DNA of 56,318 nt from a virus (IMGVR_UViG_3300036857_000036:1-56318); one strand, 5' to 3'. Positions 36,770 to 45,669 are shown, numbered from the stretch's first letter. Notes: a model not told the origin generated them from the sequence alone. Numbers and translations are program-made.

Positions 36770-37830
36770 TCATCGGGGAACCGCACCAGTCCGAATCCTG
36801 CCGTCCAAGCTCCCCAGCCACGCTGACGCTTTGCCACGCAACCACCGTTGTACTGGGAACCTTCGCTGCCAGGGCTCGTGTTGCCTTCTACGGTGATGCC
36901 CTTATCTCTGTCGTAAACCACCCCCGTATGATCGCTGCCAAGGAACGCATGATCCCCAGCATGGACCTTTGATGGATCACTCGTCCAGCCCTTGTAGATG
37001 CCCTTGCCCTGCTTGGCTAGGGACACGTTGTTGGCAACACCGGCAGTGCCTGAGCCAGAGACACCTTGATCCCAAGCTGAGCAGACAGCGAAGCATGCGC
37101 ACCACGGAACGCCATCGTCCCCGTACACGCGTTGCTGCCACTTGGACGGCTGCGGGGAACCCTTGTTGCTCCCGCTGGGATTCTCGGACACACCGAGATA
37201 ACTGTCGAGCCAGTCTTTGCAGGCAGAGCGGCCGGACTTGCCGGTGCTGCCCTTCGCTTCACCTGTTGTGGTGTTGTGGCTCTTGGCCCAGTCGTCATAC
37301 GGCGTGCCCGTCTTGGTTGCGATGCAGAGGTTGTTGTAGCGCGCCTTACGGTTGCTGCTGAAGTCGTCGGGCGTCGGATCGTACATCAGGTGCCAGACCT
37401 GTTTACGCCGGGACGTGAGCCAGTCGGCGTTGCGCTGACGCCATGACTTCGTGGCATCATCCACCGAACTGACGCGCCACCACATCTCGCGCTCGGAGAT
37501 GAAGCACTTCTCGCTGTCGGTCATCCCACCGTTGGTCGGCAGCTGACAGAGGCGCCGGCATGTCCCGTTGTTGAGTTTGTCATCCTTGAGCTGGTCGTAG
37601 CGCGCGGCGCGCTGGTTGATATCCCATCCGGCCTTGTACTGCGGCGTTTCCTTGCCCTCCGCGCACCGCCAGATGAACTTGCGTTGGTTGACGAGCCAGT
37701 CGCGAGACTGTTGGCGAGCCTGATCTTGACGGTCATCGAATCCAGCCCAGTCCGAGAGATCACGCAGGCGCGTGTAGATGTCCCAGTATGCCTTCTCGGT
37801 GTCCGTCAGTTGGTCGTAGTGATCAGCCAT
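36766..37830 (-). CDS. Endolysin with C-terminal CHAP domain and tandem N-terminal helical repeats
   Basis: LGVSENPSGSN, PWCACFA, DHTGVV, TVEGNTS; TAATG coupling at 37830. Confidence 0.85.
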   Translation of the reverse strand: MADHYDQLTDTEKAYWDIYTRLRDLSDWAGFDDRQDQARQQSRDWLVNQRKFIWRCAEGKETPQYKAGWDINQRAARYDQLKDDKLNNGTCRRLCQLPTNGGMTDSEKCFISEREMWWRVSSVDDATKSWRQRNADWLTSRRKQVWHLMYDPTPDDFSSNRKARYNNLCIATKTGTPYDDWAKSHNTTTGEAKGSTGKSGRSACKDWLDSYLGVSENPSGSNKGSPQPSKWQQRVYGDDGVPWCACFAVCSAWDQGVSGSGTAGVANNVSLAKQGKGIYKGWTSDPSKVHAGDHAFLGSDHTGVVYDRDKGITVEGNTSPGSEGSQYNGGCVAKRQRGWGAWTAGFGLVRFPDE

Positions 37831-38387
37831 TAGTTCACCAGACAGATCGTGATTGTCGCTGTTGCCTCCGGGTTGCGTTGATGTACGTCGATAGTTGTCA
37901 GCGTTGTCCCGAGCGGACACGGCGGACCGGTGGGGCCTGGAATGCCCTGCGGTCCCGGAGCACCATCTGGACCCTCTGGTCCTGGAATGCCCTGTGCTCC
38001 TTCCGCTCCAGTTGCGCCAGTCGCGCCTCTTCCACCCGTTGCGCCGCGATTGCCGCTTGCTCCGCGAGCGCCTTGTGCTCCGCGAACTCCACTGGGACCA
38101 CGTAGCCCGGTGGCTCCTGGCTGTCCTGGCTGACCTGGCTCGCCAGGTTGTCCAGATGCTCCGGTCGCTCCTGTATCACCTTTTGCTCCCTTCGAGCCAG
38201 TGGCGCCCTTCGGCCCAGTTTCTCCCCGCAGCCCGCGCGGCCCAGGTTGTCCGGTTGCACCTTTGACCGTGACAACTTGGGTCGAAGGCTTCGTCAGTTC
38301 GTTGACGCCGACTGCGATGCCAATCGCACCAGAGAGTGCGCCAATTACGCCGACGTAGAGCACCAGGAGCCATTGCTTACGTCCCAC
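37830..38387 (-). CDS. Membrane-anchored collagen-like protein (lysis cassette)
   Basis: N-terminal TM, about 38 G-X-Y triplets, CPLG...ICLVN. Confidence 0.8.
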   Translation of the reverse strand: MGRKQWLLVLYVGVIGALSGAIGIAVGVNELTKPSTQVVTVKGATGQPGPRGLRGETGPKGATGSKGAKGDTGATGASGQPGEPGQPGQPGATGLRGPSGVRGAQGARGASGNRGATGGRGATGATGAEGAQGIPGPEGPDGAPGPQGIPGPTGPPCPLGTTLTTIDVHQRNPEATATITICLVN

Positions 38388-38580
38388 CGCTCATGCTCTT
38401 TACCTTTTCACGACAGTCCTCAAGCTCGGTGCGCGTTTCCTGCCAGACACTATGCTGCACCTCAATGAGATCCGTCAGTTGTCCGCGGCTGAGCTTTGCG
38501 CCAGCCTTTACAGCGCCAGCCACGCCGACGAGAAATGTCAGTGCACCGAGCAAAGTGATGAACCAGTCAGAACTCACCAC
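38377..38580 (-). CDS. Small membrane protein with coiled coil (holin/lysis accessory-like)
   Basis: TM followed by WQETRTELEDCREKVK. Confidence 0.55.
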   Translation of the reverse strand: MVSSDWFITLLGALTFLVGVAGAVKAGAKLSRGQLTDLIEVQHSVWQETRTELEDCREKVKSMSGGT

Positions 38581-40175
38581 TTGCTCCCCGCGAGCAAATC
38601 GCCGGTCAGAGATGCGAGGATGTCTTCGCTAGTCGTCGTTAGGAAGCCAGCGTTAGCGCTCATATGAGTGAGCTGCCATGCAGGATGCGGCGGCGGAATC
38701 GTGAACTCGCCTGCCTGCGGAAGCGGCCGGACGCACGCCATCATTGCGGCATCGCCACGGTCCGGGGATGGGAGGCCGCGCGCCTCCATGTCCTCCTTGG
38801 ACTCAACGAGAATGCGCCCGTCGCTGCGGATGAAATACTTGATGCTGCCAAGTTGGGCGATCAGTTTGTCGTCCTCGCCAGCTGGCGGTAGGTCAATCTC
38901 ACCACGCTCGAACTGCTTACGGAACGCCCACCATTGCTCAGCGCGCCGGTTCACAAACCGCTTCTTGGCCGTCGGAGTGGAGGGGCTCTCGCTGGCGACG
39001 AAGGGTATGACCGGGAAGTTCTGCTCGCGCATTCGATCGAATACCCCACCACCGACGCCGATGGTGTCGATCACCATGTAGATGTTTGCAAGGGACGCCT
39101 TGGTCTGATTCAGCACGCGGATGGCGCGACCGGCCGTCACCATCGTGTCCTGCTTATTGTAGCTGAATTCCTTGCGGAGATAACCGCCACGATTGCGGTA
39201 GCAGACAGTCTCGTTGCGCCCAAAGCGGGCCACGTCGAGGCCGAAACACCCGGGAATGTTGAGTGCGACGCCACTCAGATCGCGCAGTTGCGCCTCCATG
39301 ATAAGGCGCGGGTGAATCAGAGTCTCTTCACTGACTTCTGGGAACTCAGCCCCAACCTTGCTTGTGTACAGTGGGGAGTCCACGCCCCAGTCCTTGGCGC
39401 GCGCGTTGACCCAGTCCGGGGAGACAAGGTCGAGAAGCAGGCTCTCCGGCACATCCTCGCCCGTGTATGCGGGCGTGTCGAAGGCGCTGATCTTGATCTT
39501 GAACCAGTCGCTGTCTGGCTTGTGCGTCTTGGCGAAGGGCGTGTCTGGCACGTCGGGGTTGCCGATGGCTAGCACCCGTGCATACCTGTTCGTGGCGATG
39601 GTCTCGACGGCGTTCCAGAGCCATTCAGGGATGCCGCACGCCTCGTCCAAGATCACGAGGATGTAACGAGCGTGGATGCCCTGGAAGGCCTGAGACGCTT
39701 CGTCCTGGGACTTCAGGTCGGCGGGCTTGCGCCCATAGGCGATGATCTCGTCGCTGGCCGTCTTCCACTTCGGGATGTTGCCCGAGGTGATGCGACCCGG
39801 CAGGTTGGCGCGGTTCTTGACGCGCTGAATCTCCCTCCAGAGGATGACCTCGACCTGCGGCGCGGTGGGAGCCGTCGTGACCACGAAGGCAGAGCCGAGC
39901 GGGTGGACGTCCAACCACCACGCCGTCAGGTCAGCCGCGGACCATGACTTCCCAGTGTCGTGTGCGCTTCGCACACTGACCCGAGGATGGCGAACCACTG
40001 CATTCATGATCTCGCGCTGCTTGGAGTACGGGTGTGCTCGCGCCCGGTTGATAGTCCAGCCCACGGGGTTGCGGATCCACCGATGGGACGCGCGTCGCTC
40101 TTCCATGGAGCGACGGATGCTAGCTCCCAATCCACTGGGGGCTCTTGGGGCGCGGGGGAGGGTAGAGGAGGTCAT
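38574..40175 (-). CDS. terL: Terminase large subunit
   Basis: SAHDTGKS, ILDEACGI, AIGNP, GLDVARFG, IDTIGVGGG, SPDRGDA. Confidence 0.93.
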   Translation of the reverse strand: MTSSTLPRAPRAPSGLGASIRRSMEERRASHRWIRNPVGWTINRARAHPYSKQREIMNAVVRHPRVSVRSAHDTGKSWSAADLTAWWLDVHPLGSAFVVTTAPTAPQVEVILWREIQRVKNRANLPGRITSGNIPKWKTASDEIIAYGRKPADLKSQDEASQAFQGIHARYILVILDEACGIPEWLWNAVETIATNRYARVLAIGNPDVPDTPFAKTHKPDSDWFKIKISAFDTPAYTGEDVPESLLLDLVSPDWVNARAKDWGVDSPLYTSKVGAEFPEVSEETLIHPRLIMEAQLRDLSGVALNIPGCFGLDVARFGRNETVCYRNRGGYLRKEFSYNKQDTMVTAGRAIRVLNQTKASLANIYMVIDTIGVGGGVFDRMREQNFPVIPFVASESPSTPTAKKRFVNRRAEQWWAFRKQFERGEIDLPPAGEDDKLIAQLGSIKYFIRSDGRILVESKEDMEARGLPSPDRGDAAMMACVRPLPQAGEFTIPPPHPAWQLTHMSANAGFLTTTSEDILASLTGDLLAGSKW

Positions 40176-40597
40176 GCGGCCTGCGGCTCCAGCACGGCGA
40201 GTGCGCGCTCTGCTGCGGCAGGGAGTTCCCTGCGCTGGCGACGCGTCAGGCGCAGGTTGGGGTCCTCCATCAGCGCAGTGAAGAGAGGCAGGAGCACATT
40301 TGACCAATCTTCGATCTGCTTGATCTGACGCTCCTCGATGCCGAGCGCGACGTAGGACTTGGCGATGCGGTGAAGCTGCTCGCGAAGTTGGGCCTGATAC
40401 TCAAAGAGAGAGCGGCCCGTTGGATGTGAGAAGAGCTGATCGGGGTCCCGTGGATCTGTGGGGATGTCAAAGTCTCTTGTGATCGCCTGGTCAAGCCGGT
40501 CCAGGGCTGCGCGCGTATGGAGGGTCGCGTAGAGCAGCTGTGTGATCGGGTCAGCTTGGGGATCTCGTTGGAGCCGCTCCAGGTCGCCCTTCGGCAT
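40172..40597 (-). CDS. terS: Probable terminase small subunit
   Basis: Helical 141 aa, ATGA-coupled to terL; ALGIEERQI. Confidence 0.65.
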   Translation of the reverse strand: MPKGDLERLQRDPQADPITQLLYATLHTRAALDRLDQAITRDFDIPTDPRDPDQLFSHPTGRSLFEYQAQLREQLHRIAKSYVALGIEERQIKQIEDWSNVLLPLFTALMEDPNLRLTRRQRRELPAAAERALAVLEPQAA

Positions 40598-40603
40598 GCG
40601 CGG

Positions 40604-40632
40604 AGTCTACTCGCTTCGCTGTGATAAGTCAA
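40604..40632 (-). promoter_or_regulatory. Housekeeping-sigma-type promoter, leaderless, for the terS/late operon
   Basis: TTGACT-N17-TAGACT with ATG 6 nt downstream and no SD. Confidence 0.7.
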
Positions 40633-40741
40633 GTAACTTTATTTCAGTAAAATGCTTCTATAGACGCGTGCGTACGTACGCGCGCGCGAGGCGGGCGCGA
40701 CATGAGACTCGTGCTGAAAATCGGTCAGGATTTTTCTGGGC

Positions 40742-40770
40742 AAAACGAAAGGCCCCGTGAGGGGCCTCTC
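40742..40770 (-). terminator. Intrinsic terminator
   Basis: GAGAGGCCCC-TCAC-GGGGCCTTTC followed by GTTTT on the minus strand. Confidence 0.7.
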
Positions 40771-40821
40771 GCCGCCACCGGGGTGACGGTGGCTCTCTGG
40801 GGGTGATCCAGAGTTGTGGGA

Positions 40822-40847
40822 GCTAGGTCCCTTTGCAGGGACCTAGC
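40822..40847 (-). terminator. Perfect 11-bp hairpin after the HTH gene
   Basis: GCTAGGTCCCT-TTGC-AGGGACCTAGC. Confidence 0.6.
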
Positions 40848-40853
40848 ACGCTC

Positions 40854-41549
40854 TCACTTGGCTGCGGTGCGGCGCCTGGAGCGGCCCCGTGCGGGCGCGG
40901 GCTGCTCTTCCGTGGGCTGCGCCTGAGCGCGGCGGCCACGCCCGCGACGGGGTGCCGGAGCCTCCTGCTCCTCGCTGTCCTCCGGCGCGTCCTCGTCGGT
41001 GCCGTTCGTGTCCTCGCGCGTGGAGCCGAGCTTGTGGGTGACGTTGCCGGACTTGGCGTTGGAGTACACCCGCCCCTCAGCCATCTCGCCACCGGCCTCG
41101 GTGTACACCTCGATCAGCTCGGACTTGCTCAGCCCGGAGCGCGCTTGGAGCTCACCCCAGCCAGTGCCCGAGTCGCGCAGTTCGAGGATGGTGTCGGCGA
41201 AGTCGTCGGCATCCGGGTCGAGTGCGAAGTCCGGGTCGGTGCTCGCGAGGTACTCGTTCATCATCTGACGGGCGGGGACACCTCCCGAGAGGCCCAACTC
41301 CTCAGCGATTTCCAGCCAGGGCGTGCCGTCCTCGCGCAGCTCTGCGATCTGCTGGCCCATCTCCAGGCGCTGCTCGGGGGTGTACTTGGCGCGGGCAACC
41401 GGGGTTGCCTCGTCGGCGTCACCGCTGCCGTTTGTTGCCTCAGCCTCGGGCTCCTGGGGCTTGGCGGCACGTCCGCGTCCGCGCCTGGTCTTGGGGGCAT
41501 CTGCCGGCTCTGCTTGCTTGGCGCGACCGCGCCTTGGTGCGGGACTCAT
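40854..41549 (-). CDS. Double-HTH DNA-binding protein, paralog A
   Basis: IAELREDGTPWLEIAEELGLS and LELRDSGTGWGELQARSGLSKSEL; RRGRGR tails; AAGGAG RBS. Confidence 0.7.
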   Translation of the reverse strand: MSPAPRRGRAKQAEPADAPKTRRGRGRAAKPQEPEAEATNGSGDADEATPVARAKYTPEQRLEMGQQIAELREDGTPWLEIAEELGLSGGVPARQMMNEYLASTDPDFALDPDADDFADTILELRDSGTGWGELQARSGLSKSELIEVYTEAGGEMAEGRVYSNAKSGNVTHKLGSTREDTNGTDEDAPEDSEEQEAPAPRRGRGRRAQAQPTEEQPAPARGRSRRRTAAK

Positions 41550-41587
41550 ATGATCTCCTTCCCGCGTTGGATTGCATTGCACCTTGT

Positions 41588-41641
41588 ATTCTACTCCCAA
41601 ACCTAAATGCAGGCTAAAGATTGCCAGGGTACATTCGTACC
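41588..41641 (-). promoter_or_regulatory. Variant promoter motif plus GGTAC-N4-GTACC operator-like palindrome
   Basis: CTTTAG-N5-ATTTAGG-N7-GTAGAAT at 41588-41619; palindrome at 41628-41641. Confidence 0.55.
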
Positions 41642-41753
41642 CCAAGGTGATGTGCACCGGAAAGTAGAGTATTAGCAACGGTGGCTGGCGGTGCAAGATC
41701 ATGATGCAGAAACCACCCAAAAAACGGCCATAAAATGACCGCTTTTCGGTACA

Positions 41754-41933
41754 TCAGAAGCCGAACAGCACGAGCGCTGCCATCCACGCGAGCGCGCTCG
41801 TGAGACCAAGCGCGAGGCCGGGGCCCACAGCGCCCTTGGCCAGCGCGACGATAGCCAGCACGACGCCAAGGATCGGGAGCAGCACCGCGCCGACGTACCA
41901 CCGGACCGGGACCTTGAAGGGCTCAGCGGGCAT
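41754..41933 (-). CDS. Small 2-TM membrane protein
   Basis: Two hydrophobic helices; GGGAGG RBS. Confidence 0.55.
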   Translation of the reverse strand: MPAEPFKVPVRWYVGAVLLPILGVVLAIVALAKGAVGPGLALGLTSALAWMAALVLFGF

Positions 41934-42204
41934 GGCGCCTCCCGCACGAGTAGTCGCCACGGAGCCACGGCGTCGCGGGCTCCAGGTCGCCCTGCCGGAT
42001 CAGGTCGCGCAGGTGGCGGCAGTCCACGACCTTAGGCGTACCCCACATCGTCACGACGCCACGGCGTCCGTCGCCGCACCGAGACCAGACCCACGAGGGG
42101 CTGTCCTCAGCCCCGCACGACGGCTTGGCGGCGGCCACCTCCGTGAACGCGAACGTCCACGTGGACGCGGCGAGCGCGGCGAGGGTCAGAGTCAACTTCA
42201 GCAT
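41923..42204 (-). CDS. Small secreted Cys-containing protein
   Basis: Signal peptide; CGAED...CGDG...C...C. Confidence 0.55.
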   Translation of the reverse strand: MLKLTLTLAALAASTWTFAFTEVAAAKPSCGAEDSPSWVWSRCGDGRRGVVTMWGTPKVVDCRHLRDLIRQGDLEPATPWLRGDYSCGRRHAR

Positions 42205-42237
42205 TTCTATACCTTTCAGGTAGGGATGGGAGGGATG

Positions 42238-42268
42238 GCCCTTCCCTACCTTGACGGTAGGGAAGGGC
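42238..42268 (-). terminator. 13-bp perfect hairpin after HTH paralog B
   Basis: GCCCTTCCCTACC / GGTAGGGAAGGGC. Confidence 0.6.
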
Positions 42269-42279
42269 GGGAACCCTGA

Positions 42280-42831
42280 CTACGCGGCCTTCCGGGTGCG
42301 GCGGGCGCGCGGCTTGGCGGCGGGCTTGCGCCGCGCGTCGGCGGCCTTGGCCACCTCCGGGCGACGGATGACCGTCGCCCGGCCCTGCTCGGCGCGCTCG
42401 GCGCCGTGGCCGTCCGCGCCGCGCGCGTCCAGGCCGTACGTCCGGGCGCTGAGGAACTCGCCCTTGTCGACGAGGCTCTGGTCGGCGTTGCGGACGATCG
42501 CCTTCAGGTCGCTGACCTTGAGGCCGGTACGGGCGGAGAGGACCGCCCACCCGGCATCGCCGCGCCGCGCCTTGACGATCGCCTCGTGGTCGGTCGGGTC
42601 GATCATCGTCATCAGGCCGTTCGCGGCCATGTAGGCGTACATCGCCTCGCGGGCGGGGATGCCGCCGTTGTCGCCGTACCCGAGGCGCTGGCCGATCGGG
42701 ACCCACTTCTCACCGGCCTCGCGCATCTCGTACGCGATCTGGCCGTCGGCGATCTTCTGCTCGGGGGTCCGGCGGGTGCGCGTCGCGACGGGCTGCTCGG
42801 CGACGGCGGGCTTGCGGTTACTACGGGCCAT
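42280..42831 (-). CDS. Double-HTH DNA-binding protein, paralog B
   Basis: Aligns with 40854-41549 (TPEQ...GQ, RE.G..W..I...LG, GG.PAR..M, GW..L.AR.GL..S.L); GGAG RBS. Confidence 0.7.
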   Translation of the reverse strand: MARSNRKPAVAEQPVATRTRRTPEQKIADGQIAYEMREAGEKWVPIGQRLGYGDNGGIPAREAMYAYMAANGLMTMIDPTDHEAIVKARRGDAGWAVLSARTGLKVSDLKAIVRNADQSLVDKGEFLSARTYGLDARGADGHGAERAEQGRATVIRRPEVAKAADARRKPAAKPRARRTRKAA

Positions 42832-42928
42832 GGTAATTCTCCAGTCTGCCCCTTTAGGGGCTTGAGCGGGCGGAGGCTTGTCCTCGCCCTACGCCCTTAT
42901 TATCGGCCAAGACGGCCTGAGGCTCGAC

Positions 42929-42946
42929 GGTACATTTGTACCCCAA
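42929..42946. promoter_or_regulatory. Operator-like site GGTACATTTGTACCCCAA
   Basis: 17/18 identical to 41628-41645. Confidence 0.6.
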
Positions 42947-43089
42947 AACGGCCGAACGGTAGCATATCAGCGCCGGGCGGTAGGAAACTCACGTTCAGCG
43001 GTAGTAAATTGTCGACGAACGGGCCAACGGCGTGAAAAGCACGCCGAACGGTCGTCAACACTCTGAATCACGGTCAGATGTTCTACTAG

Positions 43090-43630
43090 ATTGCTAGACG
43101 CGCGCGACATTTACTGGATGTCGGTAAAACAGCTCACCCGAAAGCGCGTACGCTGTTTTACCGACATCCAGAGCGCTAGCCCACCGGATGAAGGCGCATC
43201 ACCACCCCGGATGGCGGTGCGACAACACACCCGGAAGGGGTGCGTCATACCACCCGAATGCGGTGTGTCGACACACCGACATCCAGTTAGTGCCAGTCAA
43301 TCAGTCAACCAAAACCACAGCCAGTCCTCCGTGAAAAAAATTTTTGAAAAATTTTTCAGAAATTTTGTCATGTCGATGGGTCTGTCACACAACCATCCAG
43401 TCCTCCGCTGAAAAAATTTTGCCTCTTACGGCGTGGATTCCGGCCCGTTTTTTCCACCACCACCCACCCAATGTCTCGCGCGCGTACGGACGGACGGGAG
43501 AGCACCCCGAGTACCCCGAGAAAAAGAGAGCTGAACCCCTAGCTATAGTCTGATCGCTCTCTCTCATTTTCTCTCCCTCTGGACTCCTCTCTCCCCTCCG
43601 TCCGTGCGCGTAACGAGCGCGCGTACGGGA
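43090..43630. other. Repeat-rich non-coding region, candidate replication origin/control region
   Basis: 20-bp perfect inverted repeat, CACCCG(G/A)A iterons, 18-bp palindrome, A/T tracts. Confidence 0.55.
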
Positions 43631-43654
43631 GAGGCGCCACATACCATTCGTGCT

Positions 43655-44554
43655 CTACCGGTCAAGAAAATCACCGGAAAAGCCCGTCATCGCCGCGACC
43701 GCCGGAACCATCTTCCGAAGGTATGTTTCTCGAAACGATTGGGCCTTAGTGTATATCCGGCCCGCGAGCTTGCGCCGAATCCGGTCATCTGGCAAATCAG
43801 ATTTCATCCCCTTGAAAAGTTGGGCATTTACCATGATGTGGTTGATTTCATCCCACCGAATCAGCCACTCAGTCCACGAGAACACATTGCCAGTCTCGAC
43901 AATTAGTCCATTCACGGGTCCGGACGCATAGTCCATTCTACCGATACCAGGTCGCCCGTTGGCGGCTGAGTCCCAACGGATCGCTGGCTTTTGGGTCAGA
44001 TACCAACGCTCAACTTCACTACAATTCGCCTTGAAGTTGCCAACTCCAGTCCCCTTGCCCTCGGACCACCTATCGCGCAATCCCGAGCGCTCCACTTGCC
44101 CCGCGCGGATCCAGGCGGCACATCGCAGCCATGGGTTGACAAAGTACCGCTCTAGCTCATATGGCGAACACCACGTATCGTAGACAAGCACGCCGACGCC
44201 CCGATCATCTTCGTGCTCTAGCTTCATTTGCCATGTGGGGTCGTACTCAGCCCAGATCTGCGGGTCGGGCTCCCACACGTCAATCCGCTCACGCAGCATG
44301 TGCCAGGCGTAGGCGGCCACTTTGACATCCCAGTCAGAGCCGTTGGGGTTCTGCGCTTCGAGCTGAGCGTGAAACAGCATCCGACTCATCTCGTCATCCA
44401 GCCGGATAGCGTCACCGGCGAGCGGCTTGGGAAGCCCAGCCAGTCCTCCGAGAAATCCACGCTCGACGGCATCGTGCTCCAACTCGGCGCGGTCGGCTGA
44501 GTTCAGCCGCATAACGTCGAGGAACAAGCGCCGGTTACAATGCATCTCAGGCAT
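43655..44554 (-). CDS. Hypothetical Trp-rich protein (299 aa)
   Basis: Long ORF coupled to the upstream gene; no family recognised. Confidence 0.65.
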   Translation of the reverse strand: MPEMHCNRRLFLDVMRLNSADRAELEHDAVERGFLGGLAGLPKPLAGDAIRLDDEMSRMLFHAQLEAQNPNGSDWDVKVAAYAWHMLRERIDVWEPDPQIWAEYDPTWQMKLEHEDDRGVGVLVYDTWCSPYELERYFVNPWLRCAAWIRAGQVERSGLRDRWSEGKGTGVGNFKANCSEVERWYLTQKPAIRWDSAANGRPGIGRMDYASGPVNGLIVETGNVFSWTEWLIRWDEINHIMVNAQLFKGMKSDLPDDRIRRKLAGRIYTKAQSFRETYLRKMVPAVAAMTGFSGDFLDR

Positions 44555-44777
44555 AAAGCCAGACCCTTTCGGTGAACTCGGTCAGCGGGAGATACTGCGC
44601 ACGGTACTCAGGTTCCGCATCTGGATCTTCCTCATCGTACGAACCGGCGTCTGCCATCAGATTGAACCTTTCCGCAATCTCTACGGCATCGCCTGCATCC
44701 ATTGGTCCGTATGCCGACGCAGCATTCAACTCCGTGCCGGATTCGTAGATCACGACGATGCCTTGCGGGTCAGTCAT
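44547..44777 (-). CDS. Hypothetical protein
   Basis: MTDPQGIVV with GGAGG RBS. Confidence 0.6.
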   Translation of the reverse strand: MTDPQGIVVIYESGTELNAASAYGPMDAGDAVEIAERFNLMADAGSYDEEDPDAEPEYRAQYLPLTEFTERVWLYA

Positions 44778-44949
44778 CGCCCTCCAGTCTGCGCCGCGTC
44801 CGCTCGCGCTGAGCGATGGCCTCGTCCGTCTGGTCGCGAGGCGGCTTGGGCTTGGGCGGGTTGACGGGCTCGCCGCAGTTGTTGCAATACAAACCACCCC
44901 CTGCCGCATTCGGCAAGGGGTGGCCACAGTTCTTACAGAGATCGCTCAT
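44770..44949 (-). CDS. Zinc-ribbon protein (59 aa, absent from the ORF track)
   Basis: Translated by hand: MSDLCKNCGHPL...YCNNCGEPV...; coupled to both neighbours. Confidence 0.65.
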   Translation of the reverse strand: MSDLCKNCGHPLPNAAGGGLYCNNCGEPVNPPKPKPPRDQTDEAIAQRERTRRRLEGDD

Positions 44950-45155
44950 CAGCGTCCGTTCTTCACCTTGTTGATGAGTTCTGCGACCATCTTGTTGGCG
45001 TCGCCGAACTGGTTGCCGCCCCTGCGCTTGTACTCCTGGAACGCAGCCTCTGCGGGCGGCGTCGGGACGTTGGGCGGGTTCTTGGGATCGAGGCCGCGCT
45101 GACGCAGAGCGCCGCGCAGCTCGTCAGCCATTCCGTTGAGAACGTGATCGGTCAT
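44949..45155 (-). CDS. Hypothetical protein
   Basis: Coupled small ORF. Confidence 0.6.
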   Translation of the reverse strand: MTDHVLNGMADELRGALRQRGLDPKNPPNVPTPPAEAAFQEYKRRGGNQFGDANKMVAELINKVKNGR

Positions 45156-45475
45156 GTCAGATCGATGGGCGTACGGCGGTAGCCCGAGTCAGGGTCCTTG
45201 GCGTGCGCCCGGATCAGGTCCATGACCTCGTCGGTCACGAGTGGCTTCAGATCGTCGGGCAACCTGTCGTGGAACTCGTCCAGCGGGATACCCGGCATGT
45301 AGCCGTCGAACCGCAGCATCTCCTCCCAGTCGTCCGGCCACTCAACGTGACCGTTGGCGTCAGGCTCAGGCTCCTTGTTGAACTCCTGGTAGTAGACGCC
45401 ACCGGCGGGGTGGTCCCATCCGACCACAACCCGATCCTGACCGTTAGGCCACTTGCTCAGAATGATCCTACTCAT
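45152..45475 (-). CDS. Hypothetical protein
   Basis: VVVGWDHP...YYQ; GGAGG RBS. Confidence 0.65.
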   Translation of the reverse strand: MSRIILSKWPNGQDRVVVGWDHPAGGVYYQEFNKEPEPDANGHVEWPDDWEEMLRFDGYMPGIPLDEFHDRLPDDLKPLVTDEVMDLIRAHAKDPDSGYRRTPIDLT

Positions 45476-45669
45476 TCATCCTCCAATTTGACGGTGTTGA
45501 AAGAAAAGTCCCCATTCACGAGGGGCTGTCGTTTTGTCCACTCGGCGCGACCGCCTCCGGGCAGGGCCTGGCTGACGAAGATGTCCGCCCAGTCCGGCGG
45601 ATCAGAGCGGCTAACCCGCGTCACGGTTATCAGCAGATCGCCTGCCCAGAATTTGTCGCCCTTCTTCAT
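45472..45669 (-). CDS. Hypothetical protein
   Basis: Coupled small ORF. Confidence 0.6.
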   Translation of the reverse strand: MKKGDKFWAGDLLITVTRVSRSDPPDWADIFVSQALPGGGRAEWTKRQPLVNGDFSFNTVKLEDE

